Shown here piece by piece: positions 62,344 to 64,000 of a stretch of 64,000 nt of DNA (position 1 is its first letter; every line of letters starts with the position of its first letter). Source of the stretch: Octopus sinensis. Its lineage: Eukaryota. A model generated the notes under the pieces. It ran no database searches. It saw only the letters and a program-made list of their open reading frames with translations, and was not told the DNA's origin. Position numbers and translations under genes: made by a program. The DNA is taken from assembly GCF_006345805.1 (NCBI RefSeq), contig NW_021834409.1:1650-65649 (forward strand). The letters are read 5' to 3'.

Positions 62344-63120
62344 TTAGTTATCCTTAAAATAGTCCCTACTGCCATCAGGGGTGGGTATGATTGTGGGTCT
62401 ACCAGGTGTCCAATTGACGGGACATCCTTCACATTAGTACTCACCCAACCTTCTCCGTGCTTATCACTAATTGTATGGCCAGTAACAGTCTTAGTGTCTC
62501 ATCCACTGATCTGCCTGTTGGCATGTCATTAATCGTGATCTGCCTCACAATGCCCTTTCCGTCAATTATAAACAGTCCTCTGAATTTGTCCTCAGTTCAC
62601 ACAACCTGTAGGCGTCTCCGCTTTCTGACAGTACTCCATACGCCTTAGAGATGGACTGACTCCGGTCGGCCAATAATGGGATATTCATACGACCAAGCCC
62701 TCCAAGTTTTTTCTCACGTTTTGTCCTTTAATATTATTATTTTAATTATTAATAAATTATTTTTTAATTTTAAAATAATTTAGTATAATGTGGTGACCCA
62801 ATTTTCTGAATTTTTAATAAATAGGACAGTTAAAATGCAACTCAGACCATTCTAAATGAACGTGCTCAGTGTCAGTTGAACAGGCAATAAGCTGACAATT
62901 ATTGTTTATAAACTCTTCTCTTCTGTCGTTAAATGCGATTATTTCTGTGGGACAGACATATGTGCTAGCTGTGGTTAATAAATAGTTACAAGTCTCTTGG
63001 ATAGAAAAATAGAACGAGAAAATTCTTCAAAAATTGTTCGTTGTTTATCTGTTTGAAAGCACCGTCTACAACTGCAGTGCCCGCAAAGCTTGGAGCTGGT
63101 TTGCCTATCAATTGTGACAT
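62344..63120 (-). CDS. PRDX: Typical 2-Cys peroxiredoxin, 5 exons; one 1-nt deletion in exon 4 as assembled
   Basis: [10 protein letters not shown]...FFYPRDF|TYVCPTE...HLEW|TK...GGLG..NIPLLAD...YR|GLFIID...[10 protein letters not shown]...HGE|GCPVNW. Introns at 62965-62989, 62726-62847, 62580-62605 and 62427-62449; 193 aa if one T is restored at 62469-62470. Confidence 0.95.
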
Positions 63121-63634
63121 ATTTCGGCATAAATTCTAAAATGTACATTCATATTTTAAACTTGAGTAATACCACGTAACAGCATCATGTTTCAAATTAA
63201 TTTATTTAATTTAAATAAAAATAAAAATCTTAAAATATAAAAAATTAATTTCATACTAATTAAAAACACTTTAAATAATATATAAGAGTCAATGTAATTA
63301 TTTTAAGAAGCTGAGACTTTTTGGTGTTGCTCAAAAAGGGATGATTTCCAACCTTTGTGTTTTTATGAATTGAAATTGCCAATTTGTCGTTATTTTTTAG
63401 TTAATTTGTTTTTGAGACTCTTGTAGACAAATATCTCTTCAACTATGTCTGTTTCTGTAAGCACGATATTGTTGGTGCTCTTACTTATTGAAACCCTGTA
63501 AATTTTTTTCCGCGGAATCCCCATTTTACTGGTAAATACAAATTTTGTGATTCGCCATAACCAGAAAGTCTTTTAAAGACAATCTTTCCCATTGTTTTAG
63601 AGAAAGAAAAGTACAGATAGCGTCAAACATTATA

Positions 63635-63679
63635 GTCAGTGCTTGTATTATTATTATTATTATTTGTCAGTGCTTGTAT
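63635..63679. repeat. 14-bp direct repeat flanking a 17-nt (TAT)n tract
   Basis: GTCAGTGCTTGTAT at 63635-63648 and 63666-63679, with TATTATTATTATTATTT between. Confidence 0.85.
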
Positions 63680-64000
63680 CAAAAGTTCAGAGAACTTTGT
63701 AAACAATATCTGTGGGATGTAGTCAAAATTAGATATCCCAACCAGCAATTAGCTTTTCGATCTCTTCTTGTGTTATTGCCCCACATATTGGCCTCTCAAT
63801 AAATTACGAAGAGTAAGTTTCTTCACAATCCTGTCATAAGTTCTTTGTGAACGATAGATTCGATTTCTTTAATTTGACTGATTTGGTTCCTGACTGCATC
63901 CGAGACATGATCAGAGCATATTTATTTTCAATCTGGTGATTTGAGTTAAATTTGAACTCTTTTAGCATCATCTAAAAATTTTGATTTTGCATTATCCAGT

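Noticed and set aside
63400-64000. Host gene upstream of PRDX on the - strand
   Set aside because: Short coding-like stretches with several stops and no recognisable motif; cannot be supported.

Overview
This is an AT-rich eukaryotic genomic window, not prokaryotic, so the ORF track splits real genes at introns and reports many antisense shadow ORFs. Positions 1-56 kb are mostly a graveyard of nested, decayed transposons: RTE-like, Ingi/Jockey-like, CRE-like and R4/NeSL-like non-LTR retrotransposons, plus Tc1, pogo, hAT, Merlin and Ginger-like DNA transposons and a non-autonomous Helitron. Host-gene fragments are scattered among them (IMPDH, atlastin, proteasome beta-like, LGL/tomosyn-like, H2A-like). 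The last 8 kb is a compact gene island: tRNA-Ser(AGA), EME1, SLC35B2 and a 2-Cys peroxiredoxin. I rebuilt these genes by hand; 20 of 23 introns in IMPDH, EME1, SLC35B2 and PRDX are only 22-30 nt, and many sit at positions I recall from animal orthologues. That suggests a genome-reduced animal or other opisthokont; the taxon is not determined. Highlights: (1) a rhabdovirus-like L-polymerase endogenous viral element fused to a 28S rRNA fragment, downstream of a truncated CRE element whose end is templated from inside itself; (2) ultrashort introns with degenerate donors, including a GC-AG case, also present inside four DNA-transposase genes; (3) a viral-type 2A (StopGo) motif at the start of a LINE ORF; (4) a Tc1 element that captured about 515 bp of DNA from 6.8 kb upstream; (5) recurrent single-base losses in short homopolymers, which probably reflect sequencing error. 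All protein-family calls come from motif recognition, not database searches.
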